NCBI GenBank assembly: GCA_903919065.1
Contig: CAIXHD010000345.1
Span: 19,005 to 83,004, forward strand
Length of the DNA: 64,000 nucleotides
Origin: an uncultured Bacteroidota bacterium
GTDB taxonomy: Bacteria; Bacteroidota; Bacteroidia; Bacteroidales; UBA12481
Direction of reading: 5' to 3'
In this document: piece by piece, positions 38,733-48,064 of the stretch
How positions within the stretch are numbered: position 1 is the first letter of the stretch
How the letters are laid out: every line of letters begins with the position of its first letter
Translations under genes and position numbers: made by a program
Notes under the pieces: generated by a model
Databases searched by the model: none
Told to the model about the DNA's origin: nothing
What the model saw: only the letters and a program-made list of their open reading frames with translations

Positions 38733-40328
38733 TTAAAATTTCTCATCATATTTTGTCCAAAGGAAGTCTCCGAGTTTCCATGCACTTTTAACGACATCCT
38801 GGCCCCAGCCAGAAGTAAATTCCGTCAGGAGTGATCTTCGATCTGCCGGATTTGTTATTCCCGGCAATTGCTTTTCAATTTCTTCTGTACGGCTGAATAT
38901 TTCTTTTTGCTTTGGCAACCATATAGAATCAACGTCTTTTCGCATATCGCCCCAACGCTGCGCAGCCAGGGTTCCCAAACGATTAAAAGCCCACCAGGCT
39001 GATTCATTGGAAAAACCAGTTACCCTCCCGTCCACTTTATACACCTGTGGCAAATCCGTTACTCCGCAAAATACCGGTATATAAATTGATGTTGCAGCAT
39101 TGTCGAGAGCCAACCAGGCAATCCCCCCAACATCATCAGGTAACCAGCTGCGGCATTGAATTATGGTTGCGTACATGGTATACCATCTGGCAATAGTCCG
39201 TTCGCCCATCCACCCCCATCCTCCGTTAACCTTAAAAATCTTGTTCATATCATATGGCATGAACGGATTAGCCATAGGTGAAATAACAGTCTTACCCTGA
39301 TCATCTGTAACTGTAATATCCTTCACGAAATTAAACTCGGTACCTTCATAATAATCTTTAAAAACCTGGATCAGGTCCTCTTTAGTAACCAGTTTATCGG
39401 GCTTGACAGAAAACGGATAATTCTCCGCATTAGGATCTAGTTTCATTGAGGGTGCAAAAAGGCTAAGAACACGCCATTCACGTCTTCTGGAAGCCAGGCT
39501 GGTTCTGCTTTCGGGAGCATATGCATAACAAAACCTGAAAGTCTCATTTTCATTCCACCATCCGTTTGCTTTTGCCACCTCATGAAGGTTTTCCGAAGCT
39601 AAAAAGTTGGCCTGATCATACAAGTTCACCTCTTTGATGGTGCTTGCATTTGCGTTCACTGATACATGGTTATCCGGAACCCTTTGAGCAACCCAAATTG
39701 CACCTGTCAGATCTTTTCCGGGACCGACAATTTCGAGATGCCAAACTTCATTTTTATCCGCAATGGTAAGACATTCACCAGCATCATTCCAACCATATTG
39801 TTTAAGCATAGCCCCAGTAAGCACGAGCGCTTCCCTGGCTGTTTTACATCTTTCCAGCATAAGCCTGATAAGATCCTGGCAATCAATCAAACCCTTTTCG
39901 GACCTTAATTCAGGGCGTCCTCCAAAAGTTGATTCACCAATTCCAAGCTGATATTGATTCATACATGGATATGCCGAATTGATAAATCCAAACGTGTTTG
40001 GCATCTGCGGGATTTCACCTGTTTTCACGAATGCATACGAGGGCATTGCCTTAGTGTCATCGTTAACACGACGATACATATCGGTGGTGGATCCCCGGGG
40101 ATATTCTGCAGGCTGGACTATTTCAACTGAAGACCTTGTTCTGTGGCTATCGTCTGTATGCGAAGTGAAAACAGAACCATCGGAAGTCGCACTCTTGCCT
40201 GCAGTAATTGAAGTACATCCGTCAGGAAAGCCGTTAATCCAATCTGCTTGAGACTGTGAAAAAACCGGAATTATAGTACTTGCCGTGAAAATCAATCCAA
40301 ATACCAAGGGTTTGATTCGCTGATTCAT
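38733..40328 (-). CDS. C69-family dipeptidase, secreted
   Basis: Signal peptide followed by the nucleophile region DGCTSITAGKSATSDGS. 531 aa, family-typical Trp-rich body. Confidence 0.85.
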   Translation of the reverse strand: MNQRIKPLVFGLIFTASTIIPVFSQSQADWINGFPDGCTSITAGKSATSDGSVFTSHTDDSHRTRSSVEIVQPAEYPRGSTTDMYRRVNDDTKAMPSYAFVKTGEIPQMPNTFGFINSAYPCMNQYQLGIGESTFGGRPELRSEKGLIDCQDLIRLMLERCKTAREALVLTGAMLKQYGWNDAGECLTIADKNEVWHLEIVGPGKDLTGAIWVAQRVPDNHVSVNANASTIKEVNLYDQANFLASENLHEVAKANGWWNENETFRFCYAYAPESRTSLASRRREWRVLSLFAPSMKLDPNAENYPFSVKPDKLVTKEDLIQVFKDYYEGTEFNFVKDITVTDDQGKTVISPMANPFMPYDMNKIFKVNGGWGWMGERTIARWYTMYATIIQCRSWLPDDVGGIAWLALDNAATSIYIPVFCGVTDLPQVYKVDGRVTGFSNESAWWAFNRLGTLAAQRWGDMRKDVDSIWLPKQKEIFSRTEEIEKQLPGITNPADRRSLLTEFTSGWGQDVVKSAWKLGDFLWTKYDEKF

Positions 40329-40375
40329 GATGTGAAATATTTATTGGCGAAAATACAAAAAAGCAGCATAGTGCG

Positions 40376-41662
40376 CTAAACTGGATGTTTTCGCATGCTG
40401 CTCCGCATTACCCAAACAGCAACAAGAAGTGCGGCCATGGCAAAAATGAATGTCCACGTAATGCCAAACCACTTATAAAACAAAACTCCGAGAATTGGAC
40501 CGTATAATGCTCTCACTCCAGTCATTGTTAAATGAATGGCATGATAATCAGCTGCTTCCTCATTTTTGCTAAAATACGCAGACCCGATGTACCACAAAAT
40601 GCCCATTGCTGCAGCAAAAATTGCGTGCGACATATATGCAGGTATCAGCATATAATATACCTGAACACCTGCTACCATGGAATAACCAGGAAAAGCTCTC
40701 GTTAAAACCAAAAAGAAAAAATAGGCAAAGAGTGCCAAAAAAGTATAAATAGCAAACTTCCTGGGATCAATTTGCCCTATCAATTTACCGAAAAACGGAA
40801 AAAAAAGAATGGAGAGGAGGTTATATGCGTTTTTGTAGAATGCAACAGAGGTATAGCTCAGATGAAGGTCCTTGTCAAAATAGATCGTTATGACTGCCAC
40901 TGTTGTCATCCAGGCAAATCCGTATAATGCGAATCCTGTCTCAAAATCACGGTAAGCCTTGTTTATTTTGAAGATCCGTCCCATGTTGATCATTGATTCC
41001 CGGATTGTTCGCCACAATCCTCTTGGGGCTATATAGTGCTCATTTTCTAATTTATAAGGTATAGCGAGTAATATATAAACTGAAGCAATGCCGAGAAGTG
41101 CCATTACGGGGTATGCATACGTAAATGCAAACGGATCAGCATCGAGCCAGATGCCAAAAATAAATGTGGCACCCAGCATAACGAGCTTATTGAGTCCTGT
41201 TGCATAGCTATACAAAGGTCCGAAGTTTTCATGCTTATAATTGCCCTTCAACAGAAGGTTTATGATAGGGTAAATGATTGGATTAGCCAGATAAAACAAC
41301 AGAAAGATTAAGAGAAATATACCCGCAAAAACTTGCTGGCTTTTTGGATCAAGGGATGAGTGAGGAAAGAAAAAGAGCAACAATAATGGCAGTCGTGTAA
41401 CCCAGGCAAGAATCCGGATCACCTTGGCTTTATTTGCCGACCTTCTTATCCACTCATTGAAAAGAATCGAGAAGAGCAATAATACTGATCCGAATTGGAA
41501 CAGGAATCCAATCTGCATATCAGTTCCATTAAGGCTCTTGATTAATACAAACTCATTCAGGGCCAATAAACCAAGGATTATCCCTTCGATAAAAGAGTAG
41601 GCCAAATGAAAACCAAAAGTTTTCCTTTCCTGATGGGTTAGGTTACGCAGAATATTCATCAC
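40376..41662 (-). CDS. MFS-type transporter
   Basis: 428 aa, about 12 TM helices, no soluble domains. Family assignment from topology only. Confidence 0.55.
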   Translation of the reverse strand: MMNILRNLTHQERKTFGFHLAYSFIEGIILGLLALNEFVLIKSLNGTDMQIGFLFQFGSVLLLFSILFNEWIRRSANKAKVIRILAWVTRLPLLLLFFFPHSSLDPKSQQVFAGIFLLIFLLFYLANPIIYPIINLLLKGNYKHENFGPLYSYATGLNKLVMLGATFIFGIWLDADPFAFTYAYPVMALLGIASVYILLAIPYKLENEHYIAPRGLWRTIRESMINMGRIFKINKAYRDFETGFALYGFAWMTTVAVITIYFDKDLHLSYTSVAFYKNAYNLLSILFFPFFGKLIGQIDPRKFAIYTFLALFAYFFFLVLTRAFPGYSMVAGVQVYYMLIPAYMSHAIFAAAMGILWYIGSAYFSKNEEAADYHAIHLTMTGVRALYGPILGVLFYKWFGITWTFIFAMAALLVAVWVMRSSMRKHPV

Positions 41663-41688
41663 GTGAGCAATAAAAGGCTAAAAATAGA

Positions 41689-41714
41689 CAAAGCCTGCCA
41701 ATTGGCAGGCTTTG
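41689..41714 (-). terminator. Rho-independent terminator after the glutathione peroxidase gene
   Basis: CAAAGCCTGCC-AATT-GGCAGGCTTTG perfect 11-bp palindromic stem. The minus strand continues TCTATTTTT. Confidence 0.65.
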
Positions 41715-41735
41715 CAAACCTATACTATTATGTTC

Positions 41736-42284
41736 TTAATTCTTTATCCACTTCACGATCTGTTCGCTCAAAGGACTTTCCTTAGGAGGAATTACCGAAA
41801 TGAGGCTCCCCTTTTCATCTACCAGATACTTCTGGAAATTCCACTTTACATCAGAGTCCATGACCCCGTTCAGACTTTTTTCAGTAAGCCATTTGTACAA
41901 TGGATGCATATCACTTCCTTTAACAGAGATTTTTCCCATCATCGGGAAAGTCACACTGTATTTGGAAGTGCAAAATTCTTTGATTTCTTCATTTGTCCCA
42001 GGCTCCTGCGACAAAAAGTTATTGGCCGGAAATCCGATAATAACAAAACCATCACCCCCATATTCTTTATACAAGGCTTGCAGTTGCTCATATTGAGGTG
42101 TGAAACCACATTTTGAAGCAGTATTTACAATCATCACCTTTTTTCCCTTGAACTGTTTAAGAGAAAAATCTTTACCATCTATGGTTTTCACAGTTATGTC
42201 GTAGAGGGAATTCGTTCCATTATTTTGAGAAAATCCATATAAAACTGAGACAGCCAGAAAAAAGATCGCAATTAGTTTTTTCAT
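41736..42284 (-). CDS. Glutathione peroxidase (Cys-type), secreted
   Basis: Signal peptide. NTASKCGFTPQY active-site motif (Cys, not TGA-Sec). FPANNF and WNFQKYLV motifs. Confidence 0.9.
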   Translation of the reverse strand: MKKLIAIFFLAVSVLYGFSQNNGTNSLYDITVKTIDGKDFSLKQFKGKKVMIVNTASKCGFTPQYEQLQALYKEYGGDGFVIIGFPANNFLSQEPGTNEEIKEFCTSKYSVTFPMMGKISVKGSDMHPLYKWLTEKSLNGVMDSDVKWNFQKYLVDEKGSLISVIPPKESPLSEQIVKWIKN

Positions 42285-42388
42285 GTTACGTTTGTATTTA
42301 AAGGAGTAAACAAAAATGTTGATAAGAAAGTTTATAAATGGTTCGATAAGCGGACATAAGCATAGCCTTGTCTACGTTTATGTATTAG

Positions 42389-42396
42389 TAACTTTG
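42389..42396 (+). promoter_or_regulatory. Bacteroidetes-type -7 box (TAACTTTG) with upstream TTG (42368-42370)
   Basis: TAnnTTTG 21 nt before the ATG at 42417. A TTG lies 18 nt upstream, as in the -33/-7 consensus. Confidence 0.35.
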
Positions 42397-42416
42397 CTAA
42401 ACAAACAGAAGTTGGC

Positions 42417-43919
42417 ATGAAAAGCAATTGCTTGAAATTTTTAATAATGCTGGGCTTCCTGATTCCAGTTGCATTAATTGAGGCAAACGGTCAGACTACC
42501 GGCATTAAGGGATATTCCCTAAAAATTAGTCCTGGTGCTTTAGCATACTATGGTGATCTAAGCACCAACGATTTCAACATTTTCGATAAGCTCGCAAAGG
42601 GATCGAAATTTGGTGCAAGTGTGGCAGTTATAAAACAATTCCGACCATTTTTCGGAGTACAGGCTCAATTCTTTACAGGGAGTCTCTATACAGCAGCTAC
42701 CAACAACACCTACTTTGCGGGATCACTTGCTGAGCTTAGCCTTTCAGCACGCCTTGATCCTTTGAAATTATTCAAACTCCGATCGCAAAAATTCTCACCT
42801 TACCTGTCGGCTGGAGTTGCCGCTTTCAGTTTTCGAAGCGTACGCAGGGAACAAGGCACCAACCTGGTTCTTTTGCCTAATTTCGGTTATCAGATTGACG
42901 GTGTTACAAATTCAGGAATAAAAACGGCCATGTCAATGCCACTGGCGATAGGATTTTCCTATCGCATACTGCCTTTTCTTAAAATCGAACTTGAACATTC
43001 AGTCCGCCTTACGAATACAGATCTGCTTGATTGCTACAAAGGACCGGTAAAAATTAATGACATGTATTCCCATACGAGCATCGGACTTCGGTTTTCCATA
43101 CCTGATAAATCTGAGTCAGATGCCTACAAACGGGTTCCAGTGATGAATATTCCCATGGAGCCGGTGATCAAACCAGCAGACACTGTAAAAACAGAAATTA
43201 AGGATTTCAATATTTTTATTGATGTTCAAATGCCGGATAACATAGTGGCAGGGCAAACTGTTGATATCAAACTTCGAATCAACAAAGGCAAGTATACGGG
43301 TCCGGCCAAGCTGATTCAAAAATTTCCTGCCGGATTCACCGAAGCTGCAGACCTTGTCAGGAGTACAGCATTCTCTTTCACGAATCAAAATTTAATTATT
43401 GATTGGGAAAAGATGCCAGAGGAGGCGGTGATTAATTACAGCTATCAGATTAAGATATTGGATAATGTTTCAGGAAGCCAGATGATATTAGGCAAATTCG
43501 AATACAAGGCACCAGAAGGTACCGGACCTCTCGTTTTTAATAAGTCGGTCTTCATTGAAAAAAAGAAACCGATTGAAGAAAAAAATTTAGTCGCAGAAAA
43601 TAGAACGACGATTTCATCATTGGGAAATATCAAGCCTTCACAGCCAAAAGAAGGAATCGAATTCCGTGTTCAGTGCGGAGCATACAGGGAAAACAGTAAA
43701 GCTGACATAGACCTTGCGTCGAAACATAACGTTACTGAGCTTATCCAGGAGGAGTTTATTGATGGATGGTATAAGTATACAGTCGGTTCATTCCGCACCT
43801 ATGATGAAACGGCCAAATATCGCGACAGTTTTATCGCCCGAACAGGGATTTTATCTTCCTTCATAGTGGCTTACAAAGATGGGCGTCGCCTGACAAAAAT
43901 TACTGAAGCATTTAAGTAG
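42417..43919 (+). CDS. Outer-membrane beta-barrel protein with central Ig-like region and C-terminal SPOR domain
   Basis: Signal peptide. N-terminal about 220 aa barrel-like. C-terminal SPOR-like EFRVQCGAYRENSKA...YKYTVGSFRTYDETAKYRD. Confidence 0.55.
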   Translation: MKSNCLKFLIMLGFLIPVALIEANGQTTGIKGYSLKISPGALAYYGDLSTNDFNIFDKLAKGSKFGASVAVIKQFRPFFGVQAQFFTGSLYTAATNNTYFAGSLAELSLSARLDPLKLFKLRSQKFSPYLSAGVAAFSFRSVRREQGTNLVLLPNFGYQIDGVTNSGIKTAMSMPLAIGFSYRILPFLKIELEHSVRLTNTDLLDCYKGPVKINDMYSHTSIGLRFSIPDKSESDAYKRVPVMNIPMEPVIKPADTVKTEIKDFNIFIDVQMPDNIVAGQTVDIKLRINKGKYTGPAKLIQKFPAGFTEAADLVRSTAFSFTNQNLIIDWEKMPEEAVINYSYQIKILDNVSGSQMILGKFEYKAPEGTGPLVFNKSVFIEKKKPIEEKNLVAENRTTISSLGNIKPSQPKEGIEFRVQCGAYRENSKADIDLASKHNVTELIQEEFIDGWYKYTVGSFRTYDETAKYRDSFIARTGILSSFIVAYKDGRRLTKITEAFK

Positions 43920-43939
43920 TCTAAAAAGAAACTATTGAT

Positions 43940-45133
43940 ATGGGGCTACCGGGCGTTTTTGAAGTTTACCAACTTGCTATTGGACCCAGCACCGTTTTTA
44001 CCACGGGAGCATTGCGTATTGGGCAAGCATTCAGGGATGTTTTGCTTTCAAGTCCTTACCGCAGCAACTATAGGATACTGATAGAATTGTCTGGTAATTT
44101 TTCCAAGTTCGGTCGTGAAAATAACTCAGATATGGCAGTCGTCGCTGGTCTGGGAGGTTATACACTGGAAGAACCCGGTATATTCTTAAAATCTTTTTAT
44201 TCGAAAATTAAGGAGAACGGATGTTTTCCTTTTTTTGGAGAGGTCTGGCCATTTAACCCTGAATCAGATCTTGTTTTCAAAGATTCAGATCAGGATGAAT
44301 TTCCTAAGAATATCATACGTTTTCATCTAATAAGCAAGACCGGTCAACCTGTATATCAGGCTGAATATCTCGCTATAGGCAATGGCCTTATTAAAGGCAC
44401 GGGGATCGCAGATCCGATCACCCATACACAGGTGAACTCCCCGGAAAAACTCAGTGAAATCAAGATTGCCATTCATTCAGGAAGAATATCACCACTCGAA
44501 TACGTCAGGTCGTCGGAATGTCACAAACACAGGATATCCATCGACCATTTCAATAAGAGGATGATGGTCACCTGGAAACTAATGATGTCAAATACCGTTA
44601 CGAATCAAAAAGCCGAAAACGAAAATGCCAGAGCAGCAATTTATGCAATGGTTTTGTCACAGGAAATTCTGAATAACCGGCCAGTTATTACGGCTCCCAC
44701 CTGTACAGGATCTGCAATAGTTCCGGCTGTATTGCGATTTTTTCAGGAGAAGTACCTCTTTCCAGATGAAAGGATGGTTGAAAGTCTGGTCGTAGGTGGA
44801 TTGTTTGGATCCCTATTCCTTGAAAGAATAAATCAAAGCGGGAGAATACAGAGCATGCAGACAGAGGTTGCCTGTTCTGCTGCGATGGCTTCTGCGGGAG
44901 CAGCATTTTTATTAGGCGGAACAATCGAAGAAATCGAAAGGGCAGCAACTATGACTATTATGTTATATGCAAATCCCAATCAAAAGAATGCTGCTTTTAA
45001 GCCAGAAACCTTTGTATTGCTAAATACAATGGTAGCACAAACCTTACCTTCCCTTGTTGAATTATCACGGCTTCAGGCAGATAATCCTGTACCAAAACTC
45101 GACGAAGCCCTGGACCTCTTATTTCAGCAGTGA
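43940..45133 (+). CDS. L-serine dehydratase (Fe-S type) family homologue, divergent and apparently lacking the cluster cysteines
   Basis: Family-like blocks AIGPSTVFTTGALRIG, APTCTGSAIVPAVL, EVACSAAMASAGAAFLLGG. The expected GCQGE / LTCDP / PCIERN motifs read SMQTE / LYANP / PETFVLLN. Confidence 0.55.
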   Translation: MGLPGVFEVYQLAIGPSTVFTTGALRIGQAFRDVLLSSPYRSNYRILIELSGNFSKFGRENNSDMAVVAGLGGYTLEEPGIFLKSFYSKIKENGCFPFFGEVWPFNPESDLVFKDSDQDEFPKNIIRFHLISKTGQPVYQAEYLAIGNGLIKGTGIADPITHTQVNSPEKLSEIKIAIHSGRISPLEYVRSSECHKHRISIDHFNKRMMVTWKLMMSNTVTNQKAENENARAAIYAMVLSQEILNNRPVITAPTCTGSAIVPAVLRFFQEKYLFPDERMVESLVVGGLFGSLFLERINQSGRIQSMQTEVACSAAMASAGAAFLLGGTIEEIERAATMTIMLYANPNQKNAAFKPETFVLLNTMVAQTLPSLVELSRLQADNPVPKLDEALDLLFQQ

Positions 45134-46270
45134 AGATCCTGAAATGTTTACGATCCTTCCATCCTGGTAAATTGTCCATTGCCTTCCGACCTTTTCCGAA
45201 GGAATATAACTTTCAAATGTGGTACGGGTGGAATGAATAACTGGTGCGGTTAGGTTTTCCGGAAAATCTTTCAAGCTCAGGCCAATATCTGCCATACTTG
45301 AAGAATAGGTATTATTCTTTACAAAATAATCGAATTCTGCATAGTAGACCTTTCTTAAAGCCCATTTAATCTTCAAGTCAGGATCGGCAACATATTCCTC
45401 TTTGCCATTGCCGGCAAGAATAGAAGAAAATTGAAGGACACCCCACATTTCAGGCATATGCATGTTTATTCGCCCCTGAGGTGACCAAACCCAGTTATCT
45501 TCAGGATAAGGCTTTGCCGTTGTTGGGTTGATTTCCTTTTTGTAAGTACCATTTTCAATCAATGTACGCCATTCAACCCTTGAGAAGTCAATCCGCCACT
45601 GATCACCGGCCACCGGAATGCTGGCACCTTTTGCGCATTCTTTTAAAGCTGACAAAGGAATTATGATCTCGACAGACCAGCCCTTGTCAGTATCCAGCGG
45701 ATTATTGATTGTTCCGTCAATATGGGTTCCAACCTGCAATCCTGCAATATTCCATCCATTAACCGGAGGACCGCCATCGCGATATGGTTTTAGTAACAAT
45801 AAATCCCAGACAGTACCCAAAGCATTAACTTCCAATTCGTAATAGGCATGTGTATCTCCATCCGGATCGATAAAAACCTCAAAATCATTATCATAAAAGA
45901 TAACAGTATCTCTTAGTTTCAGCTTTGCCCATACATGCGGATCCTCAATTTCAGCAGCAATATAAAGGTTATTATCATCCCACAACATTTTTGCGTGGGT
46001 TTTCCATTTCGGAGCAGGTTTGGCAGAACCTTCAATATCAACAAAATAATCTGTCCAGGGCACCTGCTCCCAAGCCAGCTCATTAAGAATTCCATCCGGC
46101 ACTACAGGAGCAGTGGTCCGGTAACAGACATATCCTTTAGGCTGCGGTTCCGGCGGCATTGACAAAACTGTTTTCACTCCGTTCTTCGGAGATTCGGAAC
46201 ATGACAATAAGCTAAATAACAATCCGATACCGAAAGATAGTCTTGAAAATATTACCATTTCAGGTTTCAT
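45119..46270 (-). CDS. CBM9/DOMON-like carbohydrate-binding family 9-like lipoprotein
   Basis: From ATG 46270: lipoprotein signal LFSLLSCSE. CBM9_2-like blocks WTDYFVDIEG, MLWDDNNLYIAAEIEDPHVW, FEVFIDPDGDTHAYYELEVNALGTVWD. The track ORF's extension to 46369 is in a different frame from the upstream small ORF. Confidence 0.7.
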   Translation of the reverse strand: MKPEMVIFSRLSFGIGLLFSLLSCSESPKNGVKTVLSMPPEPQPKGYVCYRTTAPVVPDGILNELAWEQVPWTDYFVDIEGSAKPAPKWKTHAKMLWDDNNLYIAAEIEDPHVWAKLKLRDTVIFYDNDFEVFIDPDGDTHAYYELEVNALGTVWDLLLLKPYRDGGPPVNGWNIAGLQVGTHIDGTINNPLDTDKGWSVEIIIPLSALKECAKGASIPVAGDQWRIDFSRVEWRTLIENGTYKKEINPTTAKPYPEDNWVWSPQGRINMHMPEMWGVLQFSSILAGNGKEEYVADPDLKIKWALRKVYYAEFDYFVKNNTYSSSMADIGLSLKDFPENLTAPVIHSTRTTFESYIPSEKVGRQWTIYQDGRIVNISGSSLLK

Positions 46271-46446
46271 TTCTTTGGCTCCCAATAGCAGGCTTTCGGA
46301 GATGAAATAAGCTCTCCTTTCTTTAGCAGCTTCAAAGCCTTGTCGACCTCCGGCCTTGTAAGTCCGCATATATCAACTAATTCACCTGGCTTTAAAGCTT
46401 TTCCAGCTTTACTCATTGCTTGCAATACTACTTCCTGAATTTCCAT
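46267..46446 (-). CDS. Small (59 aa) winged-helix/HTH-like protein, not in the ORF track
   Basis: ATG 46446, TGA 46267. Translation MEIQEVVLQAMSKAGKALKPGELVDICGLTRPEVDKALKLLKKGELISSPKACYWEPKK. The stop overlaps the next ATG (ATGA). A -7 box lies 21 nt upstream. Confidence 0.55.
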   Translation of the reverse strand: MEIQEVVLQAMSKAGKALKPGELVDICGLTRPEVDKALKLLKKGELISSPKACYWEPKK

Positions 46447-46466
46447 TTTATTATGATTTAAGCGAT

Positions 46467-46474
46467 CAAATATA
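46467..46474 (-). promoter_or_regulatory. Bacteroidetes-type -7 box (TATATTTG on minus strand) upstream of the 59-aa ORF
   Basis: rc of CAAATATA. 21 nt upstream of the ATG at 46446. Confidence 0.3.
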
Positions 46475-46531
46475 CAAATTACATATTTTCACAATGAGTC
46501 AGAGGGACAATAATCTTTCGGTGCATATTAT

Positions 46532-46539
46532 TATTTTTG
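46532..46539 (+). promoter_or_regulatory. Bacteroidetes-type -7 box (TATTTTTG) upstream of the nucleotidyltransferase gene
   Basis: TAnnTTTG 21 nt before the ATG at 46560. Confidence 0.3.
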
Positions 46540-46559
46540 TACCTTAATAAATCAAGGAC

Positions 46560-47468
46560 ATGAAACCAACTTTACTTGTATTGGCAGCTGGATTAGGCAG
46601 CAGATATGGTGGTCTGAAACAGATGGATCCACTGGGACCGCAAGGGGAATCAATTATTGATTATTCAGTATATGATGCCATTCAGGCCGGTTTCGGAAAA
46701 GTGGTCTTCATACTTCGTGAAGAGATTGTTGACGATTTCTACGAGTTATTTGCCAATCGGTACAAGAAGTTTATAAGTATAGACCATGCAGTTCAAAGGT
46801 TAACGGATATACCTCCGGGGATTTCTGTTAATCCCGATCGCCAAAAGCCCTGGGGAACCGGTCATGCAGTATTGGCAGCCTCGAATATTCTGAATGAACC
46901 TTTTGCAGTTATTAACGGAGATGATTATTACGGAAAGGATGCTTTCAGGGTAATGGCTCATTTTCTTAATAACCTTGATCCTAAAAGTGTAGGTTCACAA
47001 TCAATGGTTGGATATGGTCTCCAAAATACTTTATCTGAAAATGGAGCAGTAGCCAGAGGAATTTGCTCAGTAGATGATAAAATGGTTCTGACCGGAGTTG
47101 TGGAAAGAACTCATATTGAAAGGAAGAACGGAGAAATAATTTTTATTGACGAGAACAACAATGAGAGAGTCTTGGTGGGAGACGAAATTGTATCCATGAA
47201 CTTCTGGGGATTTACACCGGCAATACTTCCATTTTTCAATGAAATTTTCCATGATTTCATGTTGGAAAAAGGCATGGAGTTGAAGTCTGAATTTTATATC
47301 CCCTACGTTGTCAATCTGCTGATCGAATCAAAAACCATCGACGTGAAAGTACTTGAGAGCAATGCCCGTTGGTTTGGTGTGACTTATCAGGCAGACAGAC
47401 AAAATGTTCAGGACAGAATATCTGCGATGTACCGGGATGGAGTATATCCTGAAAATCTTTGGGCTTAA
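46560..47468 (+). CDS. Sugar-phosphate nucleotidyltransferase family protein
   Basis: N-terminal NTP-transferase loop LVLAAGLGSRYGGLKQ. 302 aa. Confidence 0.6.
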   Translation: MKPTLLVLAAGLGSRYGGLKQMDPLGPQGESIIDYSVYDAIQAGFGKVVFILREEIVDDFYELFANRYKKFISIDHAVQRLTDIPPGISVNPDRQKPWGTGHAVLAASNILNEPFAVINGDDYYGKDAFRVMAHFLNNLDPKSVGSQSMVGYGLQNTLSENGAVARGICSVDDKMVLTGVVERTHIERKNGEIIFIDENNNERVLVGDEIVSMNFWGFTPAILPFFNEIFHDFMLEKGMELKSEFYIPYVVNLLIESKTIDVKVLESNARWFGVTYQADRQNVQDRISAMYRDGVYPENLWA

Positions 47469-48052
47469 CGCACCTGAGCTTTTAAGCTAAATTGACGACC
47501 GGCTTCAAGAGCCCGGATGTTATCGTCAACGACATCTTTCCCTTTTCTGCGAAATACCTGCTCTACACCAGCTTTAAGTGAATCAAAGCTGAGACCGAGA
47601 TATTCGGATGCAGCCCCGAGCATGACAATATTTGATGATTTTGGTGACTGACAACTTTTCGCCAACTGTTCCGCATCCAACCACACAGAATTTGGAAGTG
47701 CATTAAATTCCTCTTTGATAAGATCAACAGAAGGATAATCCGGAATATTTTCAAAAGGAACTGAATTAGCAACAACCCATCCATTTTTCGATAAGAAAGG
47801 CAGGTATCTTAAAGCCTCCATGGGTTCAACTGAAAGAATGAGATCAGCATTTCCAAGCGGAATCAGATCCGAAGCGATGGTTTTATCGGATATCCGGAGA
47901 TGCGACTGCACTTCGCCACCACGCTGACTCATGCCATGAACCTCTGATTGCTTAACATACTTGTTTTCATACAGAGAGGCAAATCCAATTGCGGCAGCAA
48001 TGGTCAGGATTCCCTGGCCGCCAACACCTGCAAGAATAATATCTGTCTTCAT
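47465..48052 (-). CDS. iorB: Indolepyruvate:ferredoxin oxidoreductase subunit beta
   Basis: 195 aa. N-terminus ILAGVGGQGILTIA...HGMSQRGG, typical of the IorB/2-oxoacid oxidoreductase gamma fold. Directly downstream of iorA. Confidence 0.85.
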   Translation of the reverse strand: MKTDIILAGVGGQGILTIAAAIGFASLYENKYVKQSEVHGMSQRGGEVQSHLRISDKTIASDLIPLGNADLILSVEPMEALRYLPFLSKNGWVVANSVPFENIPDYPSVDLIKEEFNALPNSVWLDAEQLAKSCQSPKSSNIVMLGAASEYLGLSFDSLKAGVEQVFRRKGKDVVDDNIRALEAGRQFSLKAQVR

Positions 48053-48064
48053 CTGAAGGTTTTT

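Noticed and set aside
41712-42116. 134-aa and 98-aa plus-strand ORFs over the glutathione peroxidase gene
   Set aside because: They are antisense to a CDS with a clear Gpx active-site motif, and their translations are low-complexity and hydrophobic.
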